64,000 nucleotides of DNA from an uncultured Thermoplasmatales archaeon (GCA_964514975.1 CAZESS010000001.1:55845-119844), one strand, 5' to 3'. Positions 17,842 through 26,904 are shown, counted from the stretch's first letter. Notes: generated by a model not told the origin, from the letters alone. Made by a program: numbers and translations.

Positions 17842-20800
17842 ATGAAACGAACAACACATATTTTAGCGATAGCGGGAGTAGTGGCGGTGGCGGCCCTGGC
17901 AGTGATGGCGTTTGGCGCCACGCAGGCAGATGCAGAAACCATAAATGTACCAAGTGACTATTCCGCCATACAGCAAGCAATAGACAATGCCACCAGTGAC
18001 GACACCATTGACATCGCCAGTGGATATACGCATGATGGGACAAGGATTATCGTCGACAAGGATTTGACCATCGAGGGCAACAACGCGGTGATAGATGCAG
18101 GGATAGATATTGAAAGCGGCGCTGACGTCGTCATCAATAATCTCACCATCCAGGATCTCTCTACCGCAGATACCTCATCGTGGTCGGGTCTTTCAACAGC
18201 GGGCTCTGAATGGATTGTGGTCGGTGTGCGAAGCGGAACACTGACAGCGACCAACCTGGACATAACGCAGACAAACACTCTTTCAGCACAATATGTTAAC
18301 CTGGTCGGCATTTCAGTCCAAAACGGCGAGGAGATGACGTTGAACGATTCCACCTTCGATCTTACCAATGTAAACTATAGTCTGACGTACGGTGTCTATG
18401 CTCAGCAGGGGGCGACTGGTGTATCTCTTAATGATAACACATTTAACTTGTGGAGCGAGAGACGGACAATGTTTATCGGAACGGAGTTCTATGCAACCGG
18501 GGAGCAGGTTCCGATACAGATGACGAACAATGTGTTCAATGCGGCCGGCTCTGATTTTGGATACTGGCTGCAGGTTTTCAGTGGTTCGTCAATCACCAGG
18601 GAAATGGTAAATAACTACATTGATGGCAACCTGACCGCCGGGAGAATCTCGCATGTGTATCTTGGAGGATGGTATGACTATATCTCCGGAGGACCATGTG
18701 ACGCTATTATCTACGACGGACAGTCAATACAGACCGCCATTGATGAAGCAAGCCCCGGCCATACAATCTGCGTTGCAGCGGGAACGTACACCGAAAACAT
18801 TGTCATCCCAAAGCCTCTAGTTTTAAAGGGTCCCAATGCTGGTATTGACCCAAATACAGGTAATCGTGTTGCAGAAGCAAACATTACTGCTAAAATTACT
18901 GTAGACGCAAACGATGTGAGCATACTGGGATTCAATATCAGTGACTCTACAGCGATGGATTTCTACAATGGCAACTTGGATAATCTGACGATTTCCTGGA
19001 ATTATATCATCGGGATGAATGATGGAATACAGGTGAACTATTTTGAATGGAGCGGCACGAGCTATGATTCACATAATGTAACCATCAGCCACAATTACAT
19101 CGGTGATATGACGGGAACAGCAACGAGGAGTCCATTTTATATTGGTGGGCTTGTCAGCTCTGATATCTCGTACAACACATTTTCAAATACATTGTGGGGC
19201 GGGATACAGTTAGCTGGTTGTAGCGACCTGGATTTCACCTATAATAGGTTCGTGAATATTACGGAGAAGAAAAGCTACTGGGTCCAGTTCACAAAAGATA
19301 ATGAAAACGTTAGGATACTGTACAATACCGGCATCAACACGACCGGAGGAGTGAAATTGTATGGTAATGATCAAACGGATTACCATATCGATTTTGAAAT
19401 CGCACACAATACGTTTAACTCTCTCGTTCCACCAGATTCTGGGACAGGGAGCCACCAGGAGCCCCATATCACAGTTTGGGACTTCTACGGAGCTTACGCA
19501 GATGGGTTGGATATACATGATAATAAGATAAACCAAGAACTCGATAACCTCATCGCTGGTACGTCATCCACCTCTGCGATGGCATTCTTTGGTGTTCTGG
19601 ACGATATAACGGTACAGAACAATAATTTGACAGTGACAGGGTCCCTTGCCTCTGCTTCAAATTACTATGGGATGTATATCCGTGGGGGGCCCAAGAGTTA
19701 CACCATCCAAGGGAACTCATTCATTGGTTCCTCAGCAGATGGTACGATGGGCATTAAACTGGCTATCAATGAGCATCCTGCATATACTGGATACGCTAGC
19801 GACGGGACAACCGTTTTAATACCATGGTCGCCGTCAGATACTGATATTCAGATTACTCAGAATGCGTTCGATGCATTTGACTACGGGCTGAAATTCTTCC
19901 GAAATTATCCGCAGGAAGACGGCCTGGTGGCAGGTGCTACGGTTGATGTCAACTATAATACAATACAGAACAGTGTTACTGCCGGCATAAGCAATGCAGG
20001 CGGCCAGCAAATTGTGGATGCCACTTACAACTGGTGGGGTCATCCATCCGGGCCGAACCATACCAGCAATCCGTCGAAGGACAACGGCATGGGCGACAAC
20101 GTGAGCGACAACGTCCACTTCTCGCCGTGGCTCAACGCGCCGTATCCTGGCGGCAAGGCCATCGACTACTGGAACCCCATTTCTGTTGATGGCGAGGCAG
20201 ACATTAACGAAAAAGCGAACGCAGACACCACGGTAAATATCACGACCACCGAAGAGCAAAACGTTACCGTCCAGAACTATGTGGGCGACCCCCAACCCGG
20301 TGCAGGCTCCCCGCAGGGTATCGGTCCTATCGGCAAATACGTCAATGTATCCGTCGAGAACGAAACAGCGGTTGAATGGCCGGTGAACATCACCATATAC
20401 TACACTCAGGCGGATCTCGATGCGGCTGGCATCCCCGAGACGATGCTGGCGGCGATGCTCTACTACAACGAGACATCCGGTGATTGGGAGGCATACAACG
20501 ATACCGGCGTCAACACCACGTATTCCGAGGACGGATACGAGGGCTACGTCTGGGCGAACGCCTGGAACAGCGACCAGCTTTCGCCGAAAGCCCAGAGCGG
20601 CTTTACCGATGTGTGGGTGGACGATGACCAAGATCCGAGCTGGTATGACACCCGGCATGTCAGGACCATCCAGGAGGGCATCGGCAACGTCACCGAGGGC
20701 GGCACCGTCCATGTCTGGGATGGCCTGTACAGAGGGACCAACATCCTTGTTGACAAGAGCGTTGACATCATCGGCAACACATCGGTCGACGCGTTGAACG

Positions 20801-23800
20801 GTGCGGTATCATACAATACCAATGTTACCTATACGGACAAGGGCTTCGTCGTCGAGGCGGATTATGTCAACATCACGGGTTTCAACCTGGCCTATTGGGG
20901 AATGAATCCGGCTCCATGTGGCGGCGTGCTGGTCAATCATTCCAGCCACTGTAACATCTCCGGCAACATCATCCAGGATGACGCGGATGGCATCAAGCTC
21001 AACCATTCGGATGACAACATCGTGTACAACAACATCATTTCCGGCCAGTCGGATTTCGGCATCTGGCTGGTGGACGCCGCGAGCAACGTCATCGAGGCGA
21101 ACAACATCACCGACAACTCTTTCGGCATATACTATGAGACGTCTGAACCTGTGCCTGCCTCATGGAACACCATCGTGGCTAACAACATTTCCTCTAACGA
21201 TTACTGGGGCATCTACATGGAGGACACGGACAACGAGACCATCATGTACAACTGGTTTTATGGCAACGGCATCACGGAGGGCGGCGCGGTTTATTTCTGG
21301 GACGTTGAGAACAGCACCGTAGCGGAGAACGAGATGTACGGCAACCTCGAGGGCATCGTGCTGGAGAATTGTTACAATGTGACCGTCGAGTCCAACATCA
21401 TCATCGGGCTGTCTATACCTGACGATGGCGGCGAGACCTACACCGTGTCTGTCAACACGGGCGAGGGATGGGAGGTCTGTGAGGAGCTTCGTTTCCCCCG
21501 ATATTATCGAACTGAGCATGTCAGATTGCCCTCATCGACAGGTGACACCTATCGGGTGCGCATCGAGCAGCATGGCGGCATCGCCGCGCATGTCGACTAT
21601 GTCGCCCTGGGTCGCGGCGCGTTACACACCCCTGACCAGGCCATCGTGCATGGCGACGGGACGAGCGTGATGGACAAGCTGCTTGCCCGGGACAACGACG
21701 TTGCAAGTGCATGGGAGCAAACCATTGAGCTGACCTGGAACGAGCGATTCACTGAGCCCGTGCTGGTGATGGTGGCCAACGAGGAGCAGCCGATGGAGAT
21801 GGAGATACCGCTGCGGACCCCGTCGGTGATGACCCCCGACAACATGGAGCCATATACGCTGCAAAACAACGGCGCCATCGAGGTCGATGGCACACCTGAC
21901 GGGCTGGGTGAGGCTGACTTTTCTGATTTCTGGATGCCCATGAGCGGTCATCCATGGGGAGATACCCAGGTATGGCTTCGCTCGGATGGCGAGTATCTCT
22001 ACGGCGTGATGGACATAACATCGGATAACACCTGGGATGACACCGGCTGGGCGTCGCTCTACGTTGCGGTTGGCGACGAGGTACAGGAGTTCCGGGTTGA
22101 TACTGACGACCAGACCTATGGCACCCCCGGTTTCGTGTACACCGACGCTGTTGCATGGCAGCACGTGTATTACGAGTTCAAAATACCGCTGGCGGACATC
22201 GAGGCCTCCCTCGGTGACACCATCCGTGTTGGCTACGGCAGCTATGGAACAAGTGCGCAGATAATTGGCAGCACCGGTGTTCGCATCAGCGGTGGCCGTA
22301 CCAACAACACCGTCCGAGGCAACGTGCTGGAGGAACACGCCCATGCCATCGCGTTGCAGTGGGTGGATAACGAGACCATCGAGGACAACATTTTGTACAA
22401 TAATTCCTATGGCATATGGGTGGAGATGTGCCGCGATGTCAATGTGACCGGCAACATCATCGACAACGCTCCCGGCTGGGGGGAGGAGGGCATCCATGTA
22501 GCCGATATCGGGATGATGGTTGGCTATCCGGTTGATGAGTATTGCTACAACAACGTCAGCGACAACGTGGTGATGAACTGCTCATATGGCATCTATCTCC
22601 AGTATACCGACAACGAGACCGTGGCGGACAACATCCTGTACAACAACACATATGGCATCTTGCTCGAGGGATGCCGCGACATAGACGTGACCGGCAACCT
22701 GGTCGACAATCCGCCGATGTGGGGAGAGTTTGGCATAGTGGTTACGGACATGTACTTGAACGGAGACACCGCTCCAGAGCGGTGCTTTAACAACCTCAGC
22801 TACAACATGGTTGCAAACAGCTCGTATGGCATCGCCCTTGTATCTACAGATAACGAGACCGTCTATGCCAACACCGTCACTAACTGCACATCATATGGCA
22901 TAGCCCTTGACGCGGTGAGAGATTCCCTTATATGGGACAACGTTCTGACTGCCAACGGGTACTCCTCCATGTATATCAGTCCGGCGAGCGGTATTATGCT
23001 CTATGACTGTTACAATGTGACCGTGCTCTCCAACGATATCAACGGCAGCTTCGTCGGCGATAACGCCGGCATATCCATCATTGGGATGAGCGAGGGCGGA
23101 GGCAGTGTCGAGGGCTCGTACAATACCATTGTGGATAACACGATCTGGCAGTGCTTCGGCGCCATCGCACTATTCGGTACCGACCACGAAACACTTGAGG
23201 GCAACACAATGTATGACAACGGGCAATACGGCATCTACATTGCGGCCTCGTATGACAGCGTTATCGCGAACTGCACGGTGTCCGATACCGCAGGATATGA
23301 CTTCTGGTCTGATTCACCCTCGTATAATAACACGGTCGCCAATCTCACCGTATCGAGTTATCCGACATCGGTTGATTTCACCTATGGCAACGGCATCGCG
23401 TTGAAGGGCGTTGAACATGCAGAGCTGCATCCCAATCCTGGCTACGCTGACATCGGCAAGTTCTTGAATATCACCAACGTGACCGCGACCTCGTGGATCA
23501 ACATCAGCATCCATTACGAGGAGGACGACCTCGACCAAACGGATGAGGATACGCTGATGCTCCATCGGCTGAACGATACATCATGGGAGCTAGCGAATCC
23601 GGACTACGAGATGGTCAACACGGCTGACAACTATCTGCGGGCCAACCTATCCGAGTTCAGCATCTTCGGCGTGTTCGGTGATTTCACCCGGTACTGGATG
23701 AACCTGTCGGAGGGCTGGAACATGGTCACGCTGCCGGTGTGGAACAGCAGCTTCGTCAATGCGCAGGATCTCGGCGAATGGATACCGGATTGCACGATGG

Positions 23801-24189
23801 TATCCCGGTGGAACCCCCAGGAGCAGATGTATGTCACCCATGTGGTTGGCTATGGATCAGGCTTCAACCTGGTGAACGGCTCGGGCTACTTTGTATATGT
23901 GACCGCTGATGTATCCAAGGAATACACGGGCATGGGGCAGGCAATGGTGAACCTGACCGTGATGGACGGCTACAATTTGCTCGGCTGGACGCAGACGATC
24001 GACACCAATGCATCTGCGTTGCTGGCATCGATCGAGAACTGCCTGAAGCTCGGCATGTATGACCCCTCGCTTGGATGGCTGCCGCAGTATTTCGCTGGGT
24101 CGCCTGCACCGCTGAACTTCGAGGTCGTGGCGGGTGACGGCGTGTTCGTGTACGTCACCACGGGCAGCAGCACCTGGAACGGCAGCTAG
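17842..24189 (+). CDS. Giant secreted surface protein C (2115 aa): signal peptide, extra ~900-aa beta-helix region, B-like body including the same insert module, three ~80-aa tandem helix repeats, shared C-terminal tail
   Basis: AGGAGG lies 9 nt upstream of the ATG. Signal peptide MKRTTHILAIAGVVAVAALAVMAFGATQADA. Region 20611-22250 is collinear with gene B 14521-16200, with long near-identical nucleotide stretches such as ggcgtgctggtcaatcattccagccactgtaa. The tail starts at 23335. Confidence 0.85.
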   Translation: MKRTTHILAIAGVVAVAALAVMAFGATQADAETINVPSDYSAIQQAIDNATSDDTIDIASGYTHDGTRIIVDKDLTIEGNNAVIDAGIDIESGADVVINNLTIQDLSTADTSSWSGLSTAGSEWIVVGVRSGTLTATNLDITQTNTLSAQYVNLVGISVQNGEEMTLNDSTFDLTNVNYSLTYGVYAQQGATGVSLNDNTFNLWSERRTMFIGTEFYATGEQVPIQMTNNVFNAAGSDFGYWLQVFSGSSITREMVNNYIDGNLTAGRISHVYLGGWYDYISGGPCDAIIYDGQSIQTAIDEASPGHTICVAAGTYTENIVIPKPLVLKGPNAGIDPNTGNRVAEANITAKITVDANDVSILGFNISDSTAMDFYNGNLDNLTISWNYIIGMNDGIQVNYFEWSGTSYDSHNVTISHNYIGDMTGTATRSPFYIGGLVSSDISYNTFSNTLWGGIQLAGCSDLDFTYNRFVNITEKKSYWVQFTKDNENVRILYNTGINTTGGVKLYGNDQTDYHIDFEIAHNTFNSLVPPDSGTGSHQEPHITVWDFYGAYADGLDIHDNKINQELDNLIAGTSSTSAMAFFGVLDDITVQNNNLTVTGSLASASNYYGMYIRGGPKSYTIQGNSFIGSSADGTMGIKLAINEHPAYTGYASDGTTVLIPWSPSDTDIQITQNAFDAFDYGLKFFRNYPQEDGLVAGATVDVNYNTIQNSVTAGISNAGGQQIVDATYNWWGHPSGPNHTSNPSKDNGMGDNVSDNVHFSPWLNAPYPGGKAIDYWNPISVDGEADINEKANADTTVNITTTEEQNVTVQNYVGDPQPGAGSPQGIGPIGKYVNVSVENETAVEWPVNITIYYTQADLDAAGIPETMLAAMLYYNETSGDWEAYNDTGVNTTYSEDGYEGYVWANAWNSDQLSPKAQSGFTDVWVDDDQDPSWYDTRHVRTIQEGIGNVTEGGTVHVWDGLYRGTNILVDKSVDIIGNTSVDALNGAVSYNTNVTYTDKGFVVEADYVNITGFNLAYWGMNPAPCGGVLVNHSSHCNISGNIIQDDADGIKLNHSDDNIVYNNIISGQSDFGIWLVDAASNVIEANNITDNSFGIYYETSEPVPASWNTIVANNISSNDYWGIYMEDTDNETIMYNWFYGNGITEGGAVYFWDVENSTVAENEMYGNLEGIVLENCYNVTVESNIIIGLSIPDDGGETYTVSVNTGEGWEVCEELRFPRYYRTEHVRLPSSTGDTYRVRIEQHGGIAAHVDYVALGRGALHTPDQAIVHGDGTSVMDKLLARDNDVASAWEQTIELTWNERFTEPVLVMVANEEQPMEMEIPLRTPSVMTPDNMEPYTLQNNGAIEVDGTPDGLGEADFSDFWMPMSGHPWGDTQVWLRSDGEYLYGVMDITSDNTWDDTGWASLYVAVGDEVQEFRVDTDDQTYGTPGFVYTDAVAWQHVYYEFKIPLADIEASLGDTIRVGYGSYGTSAQIIGSTGVRISGGRTNNTVRGNVLEEHAHAIALQWVDNETIEDNILYNNSYGIWVEMCRDVNVTGNIIDNAPGWGEEGIHVADIGMMVGYPVDEYCYNNVSDNVVMNCSYGIYLQYTDNETVADNILYNNTYGILLEGCRDIDVTGNLVDNPPMWGEFGIVVTDMYLNGDTAPERCFNNLSYNMVANSSYGIALVSTDNETVYANTVTNCTSYGIALDAVRDSLIWDNVLTANGYSSMYISPASGIMLYDCYNVTVLSNDINGSFVGDNAGISIIGMSEGGGSVEGSYNTIVDNTIWQCFGAIALFGTDHETLEGNTMYDNGQYGIYIAASYDSVIANCTVSDTAGYDFWSDSPSYNNTVANLTVSSYPTSVDFTYGNGIALKGVEHAELHPNPGYADIGKFLNITNVTATSWINISIHYEEDDLDQTDEDTLMLHRLNDTSWELANPDYEMVNTADNYLRANLSEFSIFGVFGDFTRYWMNLSEGWNMVTLPVWNSSFVNAQDLGEWIPDCTMVSRWNPQEQMYVTHVVGYGSGFNLVNGSGYFVYVTADVSKEYTGMGQAMVNLTVMDGYNLLGWTQTIDTNASALLASIENCLKLGMYDPSLGWLPQYFAGSPAPLNFEVVAGDGVFVYVTTGSSTWNGS
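22366..22960 (+). repeat. About 2.5 tandem copies of a ~240-bp (80-81 aa) unit inside gene C
   Basis: Units begin with gataacgagacc (22366), gacaacgagacc (22609) and gataacgagacc (22849). The protein units are DNETIEDNILYNNSYGIWVEMCRDVNVTGNIIDN..., DNETVADNILYNNTYGILLEGCRDIDVTGNLVDN... and DNETVYANTVTN.... Confidence 0.75.
23335..24189 (+). repeat. Copy 3 of the shared 855-bp 3' cassette (mosaic of copy-1-like and copy-2-like tracts)
   Basis: 23416-23906 reads identical to 13048-13538. Downstream it carries copy-2-type variants (QAMVN, DPSLGW), then the copy-1-type ending STWNGS. Confidence 0.9.
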
Positions 24190-24202
24190 CCCCTTCCCCC
24201 TC

Positions 24203-24246
24203 TTTTTCCCCTCTCTTTTCTCTTTTTTTCTCCCAAAACCTTTTTT
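24203..24246 (+). terminator. Oligo-T tracts after gene C
   Basis: T5, T4, T7 and T6 runs occur in ctttttcccctctcttttctctttttttctcccaaaacctttttt. Confidence 0.5.
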
Positions 24247-24268
24247 AACGCGCGCTTGATGTCTTAGC

Positions 24269-24847
24269 ATGGCTGACGAGCAGGAGTTACAGCATCTCAG
24301 AGTCGTTCTTGATTACCTTCCCTGTGAGGACTGCGAGCACCGCGTTCCCGAGGAGGAGCGCCGGTACATGTGCTCCATGTGCGGCAGGATCAACAGAAAC
24401 GTTTCAGCGGAGATAGCGGTGCCCCGCTGGCGAACCGAAAACGGCAGCGTTGTCGCAGTGGAGGGCCGTGACATCGAGGAGCTGCGCCCCGAGGTGTCGA
24501 TGAAAACGGAGACGGAGGAGGAACCCGAGGAGCCAGAGGGGCCAGAGGAGGACATGACCGAGGAAATCGAGGTGCTCGAGATTGGCGTCGACGTGCCGGA
24601 GGAGGAAGAGGAACCCGATGAGGAGGAGCTTCCCGAATGGGAAACCGTGGAGGAAACACCGCACACCGTCGGCGAATACACCCTGTACACCAAGGAGGCA
24701 ACCCTGCGAGGCGGACGCAAACAGCAGATATTTTTTTATGCGAAAAAAGAAAAAAAGGATGCCACTCCCTGCGCCAAGCCCGAGGGCTACGATGTCAAGG
24801 TCAACGAAAACACCGGCTTGCCCGTCCTCAAAAAGAAAAAAAAGTAG
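24269..24847 (+). CDS. Hypothetical acidic zinc-ribbon protein (192 aa)
   Basis: CEDCEH...CSMCGR Cys4 motif, a ~70-aa Glu/Pro-rich acidic linker, and a basic C-terminus (PEGYDVKVNENTGLPVLKKKKK). It is 6 nt upstream of queA. Confidence 0.6.
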   Translation: MADEQELQHLRVVLDYLPCEDCEHRVPEEERRYMCSMCGRINRNVSAEIAVPRWRTENGSVVAVEGRDIEELRPEVSMKTETEEEPEEPEGPEEDMTEEIEVLEIGVDVPEEEEEPDEEELPEWETVEETPHTVGEYTLYTKEATLRGGRKQQIFFYAKKEKKDATPCAKPEGYDVKVNENTGLPVLKKKKK

Positions 24848-24853
24848 CCGACA

Positions 24854-25858
24854 ATGCACATCGAGGAGTTCGACTACCCTCTGCCACAGGAGGCTATCGC
24901 GCAGCATCCCGCCATCCCCCGGGACAGCTGCCGCCTGCTCGTCATGGATGACGGCATCCGTCATCATCGTTTCACCGACATCACGGGCTATCTCCACGAG
25001 GGAGACGTCCTGGTGGTCAATGACACCCGGGTCAGGCATGCCCGCATCCACGCCCGGAAGAACACCGGCGGAAAAATCGAGCTGCTCGTGCTCGGGCAGG
25101 AAAACGGCGCATACCGATGCATGATCAAGGGACGCGTCCACGAGGGCACCGCTGTCGAGCTGCCCGACGGCGAAACCGCCACCGTTATCCGCAAAAACGG
25201 TGGCATCTGCCACCTGGACATCCCACACGGGATTGAGCAGCTCGAGGCGATGGGCGAGATGCCGCTGCCACCGTACATCAAAGCCGACCTCGCCGCCGAG
25301 ACAAAGGAGCGATACCAGAGCGTCTACGCCGACGAAAAAGGATCCGTGGCCGCGCCGACAGCCGGCCTGCATTTCACTCCCGAGCTGCTCGACCGCATCC
25401 GCCACAAGGGTGTCACCATCGCCGCCATCACCCTGCACGTCGGCATCGGCACCTTTATGCCCATCCGGGACAGGCACGTCGAAAACCACAGCATGCAGCG
25501 CGAATGGTACCGCATCGATGGGAGAGCAGCCGCAGCCATCAACCGGGCATCGGGCGACGTCATCGCCGTGGGCACCACCACCATCCGGGCGCTGGAGAGC
25601 GCCACCGTAGACGGCGAGGTGCAGCCCGGCGAGCGGAGCACCGACCTGTATATCTATCCCGGATACCGCTGGCAATCGCCGGTCGACGGCATGCTCACCA
25701 ACTTCCATCTGCCGCAGTCCACACCCCTGCTCATGGTCTGTGCCTACGCCGGCAGAGACTGCATCATGCGGGCATACCGGGAGGCGCTCCGGCATGGCTA
25801 CCGGTTTCTCAGCTTCGGCGACGCGATGTATATCCGGGGGGCGCCATGTTCGAGATAG
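24854..25858 (+). CDS. queA: S-adenosylmethionine:tRNA ribosyltransferase-isomerase
   Basis: FDYPLPQEAIAQHP N-terminus, PLPPYIK, YQSVYA...GSVAAPTAGLHFT, TLHVGIGTF, AVGTTTIRALES and FLSFGDAM. The length of 334 aa is typical of QueA. Confidence 0.88.
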   Translation: MHIEEFDYPLPQEAIAQHPAIPRDSCRLLVMDDGIRHHRFTDITGYLHEGDVLVVNDTRVRHARIHARKNTGGKIELLVLGQENGAYRCMIKGRVHEGTAVELPDGETATVIRKNGGICHLDIPHGIEQLEAMGEMPLPPYIKADLAAETKERYQSVYADEKGSVAAPTAGLHFTPELLDRIRHKGVTIAAITLHVGIGTFMPIRDRHVENHSMQREWYRIDGRAAAAINRASGDVIAVGTTTIRALESATVDGEVQPGERSTDLYIYPGYRWQSPVDGMLTNFHLPQSTPLLMVCAYAGRDCIMRAYREALRHGYRFLSFGDAMYIRGAPCSR

Positions 25859-26904
25859 CGGCGGAGCAGGAACAGGCCAGAGCCGGCGTGCTGCACACCA
25901 GCCACGGCGACATTGCCACCCCGGTGTTTTTGCCCGTCGCGACCAAGGGAGCCATCAAGACGCTGACGCCGGAGGAGGCATGGAGGACGGGCAGCAGGAT
26001 GCTCATCGTCAACTCGCTGCATCTCTACCGCCGGGGCATGTCGCGCATCCGGCGTGCCGGCGGCATACACGAGTTCATGCAGTGGAATGGTGCCGTCGTC
26101 AGCGACAGCGGAGGATTCCAGCTGATAAAACAGTTTCCCTGCGAGATAGACACCGACGGCATCCGGTTCACCATGCCCGACGGCTCCAGCGACCTGTTCA
26201 CCCCCGAAAAATCAGTAGCGGTGCAGGAGCAGCTCGGTGTCGACATCGCCCTCGCGCTCGACGACTGCCCGTCCCACCCGGCGGAGCAGGAGCGCGTCGC
26301 CCGGGCGGTCGACACCACCATCAGATGGGCAGAGCGATGCCAGGGCGATGGCCGCTTCGCCATCCTGCAGGGCGGTATCGATGCCGGACAGCGTGTGCGC
26401 TGCGCCCGCGCCATCGCCGGGATGGACTTCGACGGCTACGCCATCGGCGGCCTCTGCATCGGGGAGCCAAAGGACACGATGCACCGCATGGTCGCGGCGA
26501 CCATCCCGCATCTGCCATCCGGGAAGCCCCGCCACCTTATGGGCGTCGGCTCACCCGGGGACATCTGGCGCGCCGTCGCCGCCGGCGTCGACATCTTCGA
26601 CAGCGCCTATCCGACGCGCAACGCCCGGCATGGCACCATTTTCATTCCAGGCGGCAAGGTCAACCTGGGGCGAGCGAAGACATCCGGCAGCGTGATAGAC
26701 GACACATGCGACTGCTACGCCTGCCGGCATTTCAGCCTCGACTACCTCAACCACCTGTTCCGGGAAAAAGACCCGCTTGGGCCGCGGCTGGCGACGGTCC
26801 ACAACCTCACCCATGTCAACCGGGTCGTTGCGGCGGCGCGGGAGCGCATCCTGGCGGGAAAAACGCTAAAAACGAACACGGGCATACAGTTTGATGCTGT
26901 TTGA
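25846..26904 (+). CDS. tgt: tRNA-guanine transglycosylase, short bacterial (queuine/preQ1) type
   Basis: TPVFLPVATKGAIK, VSDSGGFQL, YAIGGLCIGE, LMGVGSPGDI, FDSAYPTRNARHG and the Zn site CDCYACRHFSLDYLNHL. It is 352 aa with no PUA or extra C-terminal domains. ATG 25846 overlaps the queA stop by 13 nt; track start 25504 is rejected. Confidence 0.85.
   Translation: MFEIAAEQEQARAGVLHTSHGDIATPVFLPVATKGAIKTLTPEEAWRTGSRMLIVNSLHLYRRGMSRIRRAGGIHEFMQWNGAVVSDSGGFQLIKQFPCEIDTDGIRFTMPDGSSDLFTPEKSVAVQEQLGVDIALALDDCPSHPAEQERVARAVDTTIRWAERCQGDGRFAILQGGIDAGQRVRCARAIAGMDFDGYAIGGLCIGEPKDTMHRMVAATIPHLPSGKPRHLMGVGSPGDIWRAVAAGVDIFDSAYPTRNARHGTIFIPGGKVNLGRAKTSGSVIDDTCDCYACRHFSLDYLNHLFREKDPLGPRLATVHNLTHVNRVVAAARERILAGKTLKTNTGIQFDAV

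Noticed and set aside
12967-24189. Diversity-generating retroelement (template/variable repeat) as the explanation for the three near-identical 3' cassettes.
   Set aside because: No reverse-transcriptase-like ORF is in the window. The differences between copies are not confined to adenine positions; for example gtgtcaaagg versus gtatccaagg includes G-to-A and A-to-C changes. The pattern fits recombination tracts better.
2012-24189. Pyrrolysine-type UAG recoding.
   Set aside because: TAG is the apparent stop of many well-delimited genes here, including prf1, pdxS, the transglutaminase-like gene, giant genes A, B and C, queA and features 1 and 2. Each protein ends at its expected C-terminus. 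No methylamine methyltransferase or pyl gene is present.
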